Positions 44,783-54,703 are shown, counted from the first letter of the stretch. The stretch is 60,776 nt of DNA from a virus (IMGVR_UViG_3300046739_000367:1-60776); one strand, 5' to 3'. A program made the numbers and translations. The notes: generated from the letters alone by a model not told the origin.

Positions 44783-45256
44783 CTACTCACCTCCTTCGTC
44801 TTCTGTTACAGCCCGCAGGAGACGCGCGAGGACAGGGTCTTCGCTTGCGTGCTCCGCGGCGACTTCCAGGACACGCTTCTGCTTGTCAGCGTATCTTTGT
44901 TGAGCCGCCTTCATCTTGTCGCGGTTCGCAGCGCGCCACCGCTTCATGTATTCTTTGGTCCCGGCTGGCACCCCGAAGGCGGAGCGCCTACGCGCATCGC
45001 CATTCGACGCCTTCGTTGCTAGGCCGACGTTCGCGAGCATCTCGTTCCGGTAGTTGCCGTCAACCCAGAACGGGAACTGATCTTCCTCCCACCCGGTTGC
45101 GTACTTCCGTCGTGCGAGTACGTCAAGGACCGGCGCTGTCGTTCCGTCATGCATCACTGCGATGCGACTCTTCTTGAAGTCGCTACGCGCCGTGAGCGGC
45201 TCGAGAAACTCTCGTGCTTGCTCCAGCAGGAACGGCTCTGTCATGCTCTGTAACAT
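44783..45256 (-). CDS. hypothetical protein with a basic KEYMKRWRAANRDK helix
   Basis: First gene after the 45283 promoter. Confidence 0.55.
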   Translation of the reverse strand: MLQSMTEPFLLEQAREFLEPLTARSDFKKSRIAVMHDGTTAPVLDVLARRKYATGWEEDQFPFWVDGNYRNEMLANVGLATKASNGDARRRSAFGVPAGTKEYMKRWRAANRDKMKAAQQRYADKQKRVLEVAAEHASEDPVLARLLRAVTEDEGGE

Positions 45257-45282
45257 CCTACACGTTGTGCCTGATTATTGCT

Positions 45283-45311
45283 ATTATATAACAAACAACA
45301 TTGAAAATCAA
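45283..45311 (-). promoter_or_regulatory. sigma70-type promoter
   Basis: TTGATT-17 bp-TATAAT. Confidence 0.85.
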
Positions 45312-45327
45312 CGACCGTCATTTGTTA

Positions 45328-45657
45328 TCAGTGACTCCAGTGGTGAGTCACGTAGTAGACGTACCCGATTCCCCAGAACAGCAGGCCGATCCCGTAGAGC
45401 GCTGCGACAGCGAGACCGGCGATTTTCAAGAACGTGGAGAACCGCTTTGAGATTCTCCCCTCGTCGCTTCGCACGCTCCCGCCCTTCGCCATGGGAGTGT
45501 ACGACCGTGCCAGCAACTCCTCAACGCTCTCCGTTTTTGCCTTAGCCGGGGTTTCCGCGACCGGCTCTGCCGGCGGAAGGCCGAGGGCGGCGGCTGCGTT
45601 AGGATTCTTCCGGACGAACGCGTCGATATCCTTCTGCGTCTTGAGTCGGAGTGCCAT
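45328..45657 (-). CDS. membrane protein with a C-terminal TM segment
   Basis: IAGLAVAALYGIGLLFWGIGYVYYV. Confidence 0.6.
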   Translation of the reverse strand: MALRLKTQKDIDAFVRKNPNAAAALGLPPAEPVAETPAKAKTESVEELLARSYTPMAKGGSVRSDEGRISKRFSTFLKIAGLAVAALYGIGLLFWGIGYVYYVTHHWSH

Positions 45658-45951
45658 TTAGTGCTTCGAAGTCGGGTCCGCCGGCTTGATATTCATCCCG
45701 CTGATCTCGACGAGATGGTCGAAGAAGTCGGCGAGGTTCCGGAGCATGTTCGCCTTGACCGGCGGAGTCGCGTGAACGAAGACGTAGCGGATTGCGTTGA
45801 CGAGGGCAGCGGTGATCTGTGCGGCCTCGAAGTGCGGAGCACGTTGCTCCAGGAAGATCGAGAGGTCGTCGAGGAGCGGCTTGATCTCCTCGGCTGTGAC
45901 CGGCGACTCGAGCGTCACCGTCCGGTTAGGCGTTTCGTCGCTTGAGCTCAT
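45658..45951 (-). CDS. hypothetical protein
   Basis: GGAGG RBS. Confidence 0.55.
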   Translation of the reverse strand: MSSSDETPNRTVTLESPVTAEEIKPLLDDLSIFLEQRAPHFEAAQITAALVNAIRYVFVHATPPVKANMLRNLADFFDHLVEISGMNIKPADPTSKH

Positions 45952-46546
45952 TCACCCTCCTGTCAACGTGGAGAAGCGTGTCTCCGGTTACCGTCGCTGT
46001 GAGGCCGCGTTCCTGAAGAGCGACCATCCAGGCGTGCGTATGCTGCTTGCTCTTGCTCCGGAGGAGTGCACGCCCGACGTCATCCTTCGGGAAGGAGTCC
46101 CAGTCGAGTTCGAGCAGGTCGAGCTGGTCCTCGTCGACTCCGTCCATCAACTGGAAGGCGTCGGCTCGGACTTCGGGCGTTGCCGGAGCCCCGATCGGCT
46201 TGTTCACGCGAGTACCGTCGAGCTGTTCCTGGAGCGCTCGGATGTTCGCCGCTTTCGTCTTGCCCTCGTCGGAGAGGTAGCGCTCGATCCGATCGAGGAA
46301 TTCGAAGAGGCCGGAGCCGTTCACCTGCCACCGGCACTGATCGATGCCGAATTGGTAGACCTTCCCGCCGAACTCCCGCTCGAGTTCGTTCGCAAGGGCG
46401 GAGCCGAAACGTAGGTTGATCATGAGGTTGATCCGCTTCCCCATGACATGGGCCTTGCCCTTCTCCTCGAAGACGAAGGCGGCTCGGACGAGGCGCCACA
46501 TGTGACGCTCTGCGTCAGTCGGAATGGACGGTTGTTGCTCAGTCAT
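45926..46546 (-). CDS. degenerate LAGLIDADG-fold DNA-binding protein, probably leaderless
   Basis: AAFVFEEKG in place of LAGxxDGEG; L...FGGKV....RWQV.G....FL..I..YL...K. Confidence 0.55.
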   Translation of the reverse strand: MTEQQPSIPTDAERHMWRLVRAAFVFEEKGKAHVMGKRINLMINLRFGSALANELEREFGGKVYQFGIDQCRWQVNGSGLFEFLDRIERYLSDEGKTKAANIRALQEQLDGTRVNKPIGAPATPEVRADAFQLMDGVDEDQLDLLELDWDSFPKDDVGRALLRSKSKQHTHAWMVALQERGLTATVTGDTLLHVDRRVNELKRRNA

Positions 46547-46553
46547 TATTTGT

Positions 46554-46582
46554 ATTATACCACAAAGTGCTTTGAAAATCAA
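46554..46582 (-). promoter_or_regulatory. sigma70-type promoter (predicted +1 at or next to the ATG at 46546)
   Basis: TTGATT-17 bp-TATAAT with TG extension; ATG 7 nt downstream, no RBS. Confidence 0.8.
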
Positions 46583-46587
46583 CGACG

Positions 46588-46703
46588 TGTTTCATGTTCT
46601 TTGGGGCCGGATTTACCCTTCTTATATTAATCTTTTTGTATTTTTCTATTAATACTTACATACTAGTTATATAACACAGCCCCGATAACAATAACATGAA
46701 ACA
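46588..46703. other. AT-rich island bounded by 11-bp inverted repeats (candidate replication origin)
   Basis: TGTTTCATGTT (46588-98) and AACATGAAACA (46693-703) flank the most AT-rich tract of the genome. Confidence 0.5.
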
Positions 46704-47165
46704 TCAGACATCAAGCCTTCGGCCGCCCGCGCGTAGCGTATCGCGCACTTCCATCAGGAGCGTGCCGAGGACGTTCTGTTTGGGGGTGCGCAGGCACTTC
46801 ATGCAGTCGCAAGCGCCCCAGAAATTGTCGTGCCAGTAGTTGCCCTCGACGAGTTCAGCGGAGCCGGTACGGAGAAGCTTCGAAGCCATCTCCGAGTCCG
46901 GCGCGAACTTCCGTTCGAGGAGCGTACGCATGATGCCGACTTTGACGGTGTCCCAGTCTCGACGGAGGCGTACCGCTCGTCCTCTCTGCTTCGCGAGACG
47001 GGGTGACGGGAGCACTTCGAAGACCCGGCGCACCTGCGGGTCCTCGCTCTTCGCCGCTTGATACGCGTGCTCTACCGTCGGGTACATCCTCCCGTCGAAC
47101 TCCACGGGTGTAGGCGCGAAGTTCGACAGGAAGTAGTGGTAGTTCGAGAACGAGACGATTCTCAT
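46704..47165 (-). CDS. NADAR (YbiA) family hydrolase
   Basis: FLSNF..TP....Y.TVEHAYQAAK, AK..GR...R.DW...K...M....KF, LL.TG..LVEGN..D.FWG, N.LG..LM.VR. Confidence 0.93.
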   Translation of the reverse strand: MRIVSFSNYHYFLSNFAPTPVEFDGRMYPTVEHAYQAAKSEDPQVRRVFEVLPSPRLAKQRGRAVRLRRDWDTVKVGIMRTLLERKFAPDSEMASKLLRTGSAELVEGNYWHDNFWGACDCMKCLRTPKQNVLGTLLMEVRDTLRAGGRRLDV

Positions 47166-47530
47166 CGACGCGTACGAGTACGGTGAACGGTGGAGTGCGA
47201 CGAGGACTTCCCTCCGGTCCTCTTCTCGTGGGCGTGGACCACAATCTCCATCCCGTTCGCTTGGAGCACGGTGTGGATCCTGTGTGCCTCGATCACGGTC
47301 GCCGTCACGTTCGTCAGCGTCTGCGCCTTCGCCGTGCTCTTGCACGTGTACGTCCCGTTCGCTTGGAGCGCGCACGTCACCCGAGACGCCGGAAGCATGA
47401 AGATGTCGGCGTTGCCGGCCACCTCCCCGACGGTGGGTCCGCTGAACGTCCCTCGCAGAGTGCTGCTTTGGGCGTTTACGCCGACGGGAAGGGTGCATGC
47501 GAGAGCGGCGCACCATAGTATGTTCCTCAT
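47162..47530 (-). CDS. exported protein with a signal peptide (VNA|QS)
   Basis: MRNILWCAALACTLPVGVNA|QSSTLRGT. Confidence 0.55.
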   Translation of the reverse strand: MRNILWCAALACTLPVGVNAQSSTLRGTFSGPTVGEVAGNADIFMLPASRVTCALQANGTYTCKSTAKAQTLTNVTATVIEAHRIHTVLQANGMEIVVHAHEKRTGGKSSSHSTVHRTRTRR

Positions 47531-47700
47531 TCTTCCACCAGATCGATGACAACGGTCTCCGCGTCTTCTGGGATATCCAGAGACACATATGCAGGTTCCC
47601 CTTCGAAGTCGCCGTCGTGCATGGAGGGCCTGTCGAACGTCGTTTCCTCGCCCGTAAGCTCGCCTCCAGCGTCGTAGAACCCGACTTTCAGCTTCTTCAC
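47527..47700 (-). CDS. small acidic hypothetical protein
   Basis: GGGAG RBS + GTG. Confidence 0.5.
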   Translation of the reverse strand: MKKLKVGFYDAGGELTGEETTFDRPSMHDGDFEGEPAYVSLDIPEDAETVVIDLVEE

Positions 47701-48677
47701 CGTGTTCTCCCTTCTGCCAAGTGTCGGAGCAGATGCTCCCGCTCCAGCGCCTCTCGACTCCGCACTTGCTCCACGACTGCGGAGAATGCCGCGCCAACCG
47801 CCTCCCGTGCCTGGTCGGGCGTCAGCTCGCTTGATTCGACCTTCGTCTCGGACATCGGAATCGGGCACGGCTCCTCCTGTGTTGCAGCGGCTTCGGATTG
47901 CGCACTCGCGTGGCGCAGTCGCATGTGCATCTCTGCTTCGGCGGCCTCGGAGCACTCGTCCGGGAGTTGGCTCTGGGGCGTCCCTGCCTCGTGCGGAGCC
48001 TTCTGGACAACGGGGACGGTCCCGATTTCGGGTGTGCCCAGAGGGATGTGGGGGAGATTGTAGTTCATGGCGCAGATGGGACCGTAGCCCACTTGCACGG
48101 AGCCCTCGTCCGTCAACGGCAGGTTGCAGAACGTGCAGCGGCCCGTGAGTGCGGCGTAGGTGTGAGCTGCTAGCGCCGGGTTCTTCTCGACCTCGCGCAA
48201 CGCGTCGAGGAGGTCCTTCCGGAACTTCAGGTCGTGAGTGACGTCGCCGCGAGGCGAGATCGTTCCCCGGAAGACTCCGTTCACGGTGACGACGATGTGC
48301 GAGGGATACGTCGCGTGGGTGACCTTGTTCAGCTTCAGCTTCATCTCACCGCCCTTCGGGGCGAGGAAGCGAAGCTTCGGCTCCACCAGGCCGTTCTCCC
48401 GGGCCTGTGCCAGGAACTCGGCGAGTGCGAGGAGCGGTTCGACGCTCTCGACCGCTGGACTCGACGCCACCGTCGACTCGAACGGACGTTGGTACGTCTG
48501 CGCAGCTGCTACGGGCGTCGCACCTTGCGGGCCATCCACGCGTAGCTCCCTCGGCGGGCAGGTGACGTGTGTGGTGATTCGGGTGTCCCTGTCCCAGTCG
48601 ATCTGTTGGCCTGGGGCGATTGCCCCGTCGCACGTTCCACATCGACCAGGGTAGCGAGCGGCCATCCGCTTCTTCAC
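47697..48677 (-). CDS. DUF6011-like Zn-finger protein
   Basis: ARYPGRCGTC..I..G N-terminus; GRCTFCNLPLTD..S...GYGPICA. Confidence 0.7.
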   Translation of the reverse strand: MKKRMAARYPGRCGTCDGAIAPGQQIDWDRDTRITTHVTCPPRELRVDGPQGATPVAAAQTYQRPFESTVASSPAVESVEPLLALAEFLAQARENGLVEPKLRFLAPKGGEMKLKLNKVTHATYPSHIVVTVNGVFRGTISPRGDVTHDLKFRKDLLDALREVEKNPALAAHTYAALTGRCTFCNLPLTDEGSVQVGYGPICAMNYNLPHIPLGTPEIGTVPVVQKAPHEAGTPQSQLPDECSEAAEAEMHMRLRHASAQSEAAATQEEPCPIPMSETKVESSELTPDQAREAVGAAFSAVVEQVRSREALEREHLLRHLAEGRTR

Positions 48678-48985
48678 AGATGCTCCTCCTTCGTCGTCCC
48701 CCACTTCGGAGCGACGACGGCGCTGATGCCGAACGACGACATCCGCTCTGCGTTTTGCTGGCACCAGACTTCAGCGTCCACGCCCTTCGGCGCCTCGAAC
48801 TCGAGCACCTCCGGCATGGCATCGTTTCCGGTGTACTCACGGAGCACGCGAACGTGCCCCATATACCGGAGTTGCTCGACCCAGACGCCGGCGAGGTGGT
48901 TCTTCGGGTAGTGTGTCTTGTCTTCGAAGTTCACGACGCGAACCGTCGGCACTCTCTTCACCGACACCTCCTGAATTGTTGACCT

Positions 48986-49014
48986 ATTATAACACAAACA
49001 TCGTTGGAAATCAA
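48986..49014 (-). promoter_or_regulatory. sigma70-type promoter
   Basis: TTGATT-17 bp-TATAAT with TG extension. Confidence 0.85.
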
Positions 49015-50643
49015 CGGACGTTCGTGTTCTCGGTTCCGGCCGCTTACGCCTTCTGGCCGAGCGACTGGACCAACGACACGGGTCTCCCGTCGAACGTCCC
49101 GCCGTTCAGGGGATCGCCTAACGGATCGTGGCCCTCAACATACAACTCGATGTAGTCGAGGGTTCCGTCCCCGTCGTAGACGTACCGGTCGGTCACAGAC
49201 CCCACGATGTGGTCGTGATCGACGACAACCGTCCCGCAGCCGCAGCTGCACGTACACCGTTCGCTCATGTCCCCTCCCTACGCCGGTTCGACCTTCGCGT
49301 CGCCGGCGAATGCCGCCGCCGTCCGCTCTGCGTCGTGGAGATTCGTGAACTCACGAGCCGCACGAACGCTCGGCGCCCAGTGTCCGTCCCGGTGGAGCCA
49401 GTACCACGTACGGGGAGTATCCGCGTTTGAGACTGCTCTGCAGTCCGTGATGAGCCGCTTGACGACCCACTTCATCGCTTCTTCCTTTCCGCCAGGCGAT
49501 AATCGCACTCGCGCGGCCAGGGGAGTTGTGCGCCCTTGGCATACGTCTGTGCGATGACCCAGCTTCTCGTGACGCCGTAGAGCCGAGCGACTTCCGCCGC
49601 GTGAACGGCGAGCTCCGGGATCAACGCTGTGAACGTAGGTTCCCGGTTCACGTCCTTCAGCCGTGGCTGTGAATGACGCTTGCGCTTCACTTTCGTCCTC
49701 CCTTCCTCTCGAGCGCGTACGGCGGAAGCTCCCCGTCGATCAGGACGAGGTCGCCCCGATCAATCGCCTGCATCAGCAGCGGCATCAACGCTAGGAAATC
49801 CCCCGCCGTCACGAACGTGTCGAGAACCGTCTCCTGCCCAGTGTTGACGATGACGTGTGTCGGTTGCAGCGGCTTCTCACGAGATGTGCCCTGCATCAGA
49901 AACACGTCCGCAGGATCTCTTCGCCCAGCCAGTCCAGGATCGCCGCGAGGCTGCGAGCCCGGCAGTGGCGACCGTTCCGGTGCGAGCGTTCGCACATCCA
50001 CTGGGCGTCTTCGACGTCGTGCTTGGGACTCCAGATGTGCCAGTCGCCGTCAGGCGTTCGCACGACGATGTCCGGCTCTTTTAGCAGCCGCGCCGCTTCC
50101 TCTTCCTGATGCGTCAGCATCCGTTCGATGTGCTCCCGTTTCTTGTCCGTCACTCCTTCTCCTTCGGGCCGTCCCAACGGGCCCATTGTCCGTTCGTTTC
50201 GTCGTACCAGTCGACGAGCGGGTGGTCGAACGACGGTTTGATCCACGTGCGTTCTTCACGGACGAACGTCGATCCGATCCCGGATGGATGCTTGCGGTAG
50301 ACGTAGATCGTCCACCCGGGCGCCGCCCTGAACGAGTTGCTCCGTGGCGTGAACTGTGAGAACTTTCGGTCGGGGTAGCGCGTGTGGTCGACCGCCGTCG
50401 TGACGTAGAGGACTTCGTACCCCTGTTCCACATCCCCGTTCGTCGCGACGTACCCAACTACGGTCCCGATGTCCCGTCCTTTGAACAGGACACTGGCGCC
50501 GAGCGGGAATTTCCGCTTCGCCTCTTCCCGTGACACGATCCGTCTCTTCGGCACGTACACCTCCTAGACGGCGTTCCGAAGAACGCCCTCTGCGAGGTGC
50601 GGACGGAGGAGTTGACAACTCCCCCGCCCGAGTCGCACCGCCG

Positions 50644-50898
50644 TTAGGCCTGTTCGTCGCCCGCCTCGTCCTTCGCGACCTCGTCCTGGATCCCCAGCTC
50701 CTTGGCGCGGCGGAGGACCTCGCGGATGCGGGCGTTGCGCTTCTGGCTGTACGCCTTCCGCTTGTCCTTGTTCCGCTGCATGTACGCCTTCCGCGCCGCC
50801 TTCGCCTTCTCCGCCTGCTGCGCCTGCTTCACGACGTACTCGCGCAGCTCCTGCTCCGTCATGTTCGCGACCGCCTCGACGATGGACTGCTTGGTCAC
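50644..50898 (-). CDS. basic helical protein (paralog family A)
   Basis: RKAYSQKRNARIREVLRRAKELG matches MKEYHQKRQASIKAILARAAELG of 37700..38131. Confidence 0.7.
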   Translation of the reverse strand: MTKQSIVEAVANMTEQELREYVVKQAQQAEKAKAARKAYMQRNKDKRKAYSQKRNARIREVLRRAKELGIQDEVAKDEAGDEQA

Positions 50899-50997
50899 CG
50901 CTCTCCTGCCTTCCGGGAGCTCTGCTCCCCGTTGCTCGCTCGCCGTGCCTGAAGGACGTTATTGTCTTCAGTGCACTGCGTGCGAATCAATAAAGAT

Positions 50998-51026
50998 ATT
51001 ATATCACATCTCCAGATGAAACTCAA
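50998..51026 (-). promoter_or_regulatory. sigma70-type promoter
   Basis: TTGAGT-17 bp-TATAAT with TG extension. Confidence 0.8.
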
Positions 51027-51770
51027 CCACGTACTTGGACGTACTAGCCGACCTGCTTGATCGTGCCGTCCTGGTCCACGATCCCGTGCAACCACTCCCA
51101 CTCCCCGTTGCGTACGCACTGGAACCATACGTCCGCCGACCTCGCGACGTGCTTCCGAATCGTCCGTGCGACACAGGCGTCGAACTTCCACTCCGACAGC
51201 CGGTGGGCCGCATGGATGACTAGGGCGTCCTCCCCAATCTTAGGACAGTGGCCCCACCAGATTCCGACCTCCAGGAATTCCATCCCGTCCGTTACTTTCA
51301 TCCGTCCTCCTTGCAGCGGCTTAGTCGCCGACGCACTCTAGATCCCTTTCACCTGCGCCTTGTCCGTGACGCAGTAGACTTGCCAGCTCGGCTGACCGTC
51401 TCCATTGGAGTCCAAGGACCACTTCTCCAGTTCGGCCGTCGGCAGGTCCTTGACGGCGCAGTTGAAGCCGTCGACGATTTCGCTTTGCGTCTCGACGTCA
51501 TCCGCCCCAATCAGGTGCAGGAGCAGTTCCCGGTACGTCCCGACGAACTCCTCCATCTCTGGAAAGACGCCCATGTACTCATCGTACGCCACGACGTACG
51601 TCTTCTTCTCTTCCACAGGACCTCCAATACCTTGTGACCCGTCCGACCCTAGCCGGCGTCCCTAGCACTCAAATTGCGTCGTACGCTACGGCCGTAGAGC
51701 GCAGCCGAAAGACGGCGTTAAGGTTGACCGCCGTCAATCAGCCGTGGTACACTCCGTGCATTCTGGGATT

Positions 51771-51799
51771 ATTATACCCCAGATCGTTCACGAAATCAA
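51771..51799 (-). promoter_or_regulatory. sigma70-type promoter
   Basis: TTGATT-17 bp-TATAAT. Confidence 0.8.
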
Positions 51800-53866
51800 C
51801 TACCGCCGATCAAACCGTCCAGCTTCAACGGACGGGGCGAGGCGGAGCGTGTAGCCTTGACGGAGCAAGGCGTCGACGATCCTCTTCCACTCACGCCGTC
51901 GCTGACGCAACGTACGGGGCAGAGTCACGGGACGGGATTGGGCCGAGCCCTTCATTCCTCGTCCTCCGTCGAGTCCACATGAGGCTCGATCAACTCGCCG
52001 AGACGTCCTTCGTGATCCCGTGCGATCGAATCCCGCAGGATCTGGATCGGGTCCTCGTCTGCGTCGTGCGTGATGACGATCGAAACCGTCACCACGCTGA
52101 TCTTGCCTGTCATCACCGCACCGCCAGCCGACGGGCTCGTGCGGCAGCGCGCCGCATGTTCAGCTTCCGCGCCTCGTACGTCCAACGCAGCTGCTCCCAG
52201 CGGAGGAGGCTCTGCGCCCGGAGGTGAGCGGCTTTCGCTTCATCGCCGTGCTCGTGACGGAACGTAGGCTGTGCCAACACTGCGTGCATTGTCATGACGG
52301 TCTCCTTCTCCTACTATCCTATTCTACTACACTACCCCGACGGCTTTGCAACGGACGTTAGAATCGATAGACGCCCTTCCTCACCCGCTTGAGTAACCCG
52401 AATTGGACGGCTGCGCTGATCCCGTTGCGGGCGGACATGTCCGTGAACTCACTTGGCCTCCGGACGTGTTGGGCATTCATCCGGACGTTCTGCTTCTGCA
52501 CGTCGTCGAACTCCGGGTGCTTGGCAATGTACGCCTCGATGTTGTCGGCGTTCGCGAACCACGCCGGTCGGGCCGACCTCGGACTCCCTTCCCAATGGTC
52601 CCGACGGTAAACCGCTTCCGCCTGCTTCGTAGTGAACTGCCGTCGGCCGAACTCCGCTTTCAGCGTACGGAGGAACCGCTTGTTCACTTGTCGTGGACGC
52701 CAGTTGCTCACTTGCCCCTCCTTGCCTGACGGTTCGCTCGGAGGAGTGCCGACGCGGCCCGATACGCTGCCGCGTGCTCCCGATTCCGAATCCCGTCGGC
52801 GATCGCCTGCGCTTGCGCCCACTTCTCCCGTTGCAGCGCGGCCTTCGCCTTGGCCTCGGCCGTCCTCGGGAACATCGGCCAGCTCCGCTCCGCGTCCGCC
52901 ATCTCCTGCGCCTCGTCCGCCGCCTTCCGGTGGAACTCGGCTTCCAGTGTGTTGAACACCGCCGTCAGCTTCTGACTCACTTGGCACCTCCACGTCCGCC
53001 TAGCTTCTTGAGTAGCTCTTCCATCCGCCGATCGCTTACCATTGTACTCCCTTTCGCTTTCACTTTCCACCTCCGTCCGGCTACTCAGAAGGGGGTTGAC
53101 AACCCCCGTCTCAGTGTCCCTGACTACTCGCTCACCTCCGTCGCATCGATCCCATCCGCCGCCGCATCCCGCGCCGCTCGGTTCCGCTCCGCCTGGGCTC
53201 TCCACTGCTTGGTCTTCCACGCGGCCTTGGCGAGCTTCACGAACGCCTCGCTCCCCCCGACCTTCCTGAACGCATCGTCCAACGCCTCGTCCATCGTCGC
53301 GTACGGGAACTCGATCATCTCCGTCTTGGGCTGGGGGAGCTTGGCGAGCGCCTCGTTCCACCGCTCTCTCCTGATCTCCAGCGCCTGCGCCTTGGCCAAC
53401 TCGATCCGCTGTTCCTGCGTCAGATTGCTCAGTCCGTTGCTCATGACACTCTCCTTGACGAGTTACGTGTTTCCGATCCGTCGCGTCTAGAACCTACGTG
53501 CGTTGCGTGCTTTGTCGAACCCCGCGCAGATCATCACGCTGACGAGTACGACCCACGCTGCTAGCATCACTACCATCTCACACCTCCTACTTAGTACGTT
53601 TTGATGAACTTTTTTCTTACTTTTTCGTACGTCCTACCCGGACGCGCTAGATTTGCGGATGCAGGTAGACCCTGGTCAGGCTGAATCCTACGGAGCCGAT
53701 TGCAGCGGCTTAGGGCCCCGCCCGATTTTTGTCCCACAATTTCCGTTGCAGGGTTATGCGATACCGCTTAGGCGGCTTCCGTGTCGAAGCCAAGTGCGTA
53801 CGTGCGAAGTCGCTGCAAGCCAGGAGAGAAAGGCTTTGAAGGGAAAGCTCAAGAGCGAACTGCCCG

Positions 53867-53896
53867 TTGATCGGCCCCTATGCCCTGTCGTATAAT
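53867..53896 (+). promoter_or_regulatory. sigma70-type promoter for the packaging/structural operon
   Basis: TTGATC-18 bp-TATAAT upstream of 53917. Confidence 0.65.
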
Positions 53897-53916
53897 ATCC
53901 CTAATAGAGACATCTC

Positions 53917-54216
53917 ATGCAAGTCGAAGTGGTTACCACAGTCCAACTGGACACGACAAGCAAGGTTGAGGATCTTGCGAGTGACACCCGCACTCGCTCC
54001 TACAACTCGCTTGCGTTCTTCCTGTCCCACGTTCTGAAGGTGAACGTACCGACGGAACTTTGCGTTGCGATGCAGCGGCTTCAGCGTCGAACGCTTTGTC
54101 AGGTGGTCGGCGGAACCGCGCTCTGGCTTGCCATCCACAAGTGCAAGATGACGAACTTCCTGGACCATGACGCGGTCCGCTGGCTCTTCCCGGAGGTCAA
54201 GGATGGCGCGAAGTAA
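53917..54216 (+). CDS. hypothetical protein
   Basis: First ORF after the plus-strand promoter. Confidence 0.5.
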   Translation: MQVEVVTTVQLDTTSKVEDLASDTRTRSYNSLAFFLSHVLKVNVPTELCVAMQRLQRRTLCQVVGGTALWLAIHKCKMTNFLDHDAVRWLFPEVKDGAK

Positions 54217-54703
54217 TACCGCATTCGCCCACGCTCCGACCTTTACGGAACCGGCGGATCCGTCCGGTGCGAACCTCCCGATATCGGCAGGACGGCCAAA
54301 GGGTTCTACCTCCCCGATCTACTCGACGAAGGCAGGACAGAACGAGGCGAAGACGTTCGCTCTGTCCATCCTCCGTTCCGAGGACTACCGTCAAAGCCTC
54401 CTCTCTCGAGCGAAGGCCGGCACGCTCCCCGCGAACATCGAAGCGATGCTGTGGGCTTACGCCTACGGTCGTCCGACCGAACGCGTCGAAGTCACGCACG
54501 TCTCCCCTGCGTCGCAAATGGCGGACATGCCGGTCGAAGAGCTCGCGAAACGCGCCGAGGTCATCGCCAAGGTCCTGAAAGAAGTCGGCGACATCGAAGC
54601 CGCCGACCAGGCCCTGAAGATGATGCACGAAGCCGACGAAAAGCGTATCATCGACGCCGTCGACGCCGAGATCATCGCCCGCAGCGAAGGGACCGTGCAG
54701 TAG
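54203..54703 (+). CDS. terS: terminase small subunit (putative)
   Basis: GRPKGS ... YAYGRP ... EEL; immediately upstream of terL. Confidence 0.65.
   Translation: MARSNTAFAHAPTFTEPADPSGANLPISAGRPKGSTSPIYSTKAGQNEAKTFALSILRSEDYRQSLLSRAKAGTLPANIEAMLWAYAYGRPTERVEVTHVSPASQMADMPVEELAKRAEVIAKVLKEVGDIEAADQALKMMHEADEKRIIDAVDAEIIARSEGTVQ

Larger units (their letters stand above)
48674..53444 (-). other. array of short hypothetical early genes (e.g. 48674-~48961, 49044-49268, 49278-~49475, 49472-49690, 49687-49896, 49896-50153, 50150-50560, 51044-51301, 51338-51616, 52113-52295, 52358-52711, 52708-52980, 53124-53444)
   Basis: Minus-strand ORFs with GGAGG RBS, arranged in promoter-led cassettes. Confidence 0.6.

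Noticed and set aside
43391-45022. 543-aa plus-strand ORF, and other long antisense ORFs (42..1376, 54861..56348, 57677..58840, 18150..19055)
   Set aside because: They shadow well-supported genes on the opposite strand. Long antisense frames are expected in GC-rich DNA with biased codons, and they show no motifs or RBS.
52321-53070. Additional minus-strand promoters (TAGAAT at 52321, TACAAT at 53041)
   Set aside because: The -35 elements are poor or mis-spaced, so they are plausible but not supportable.
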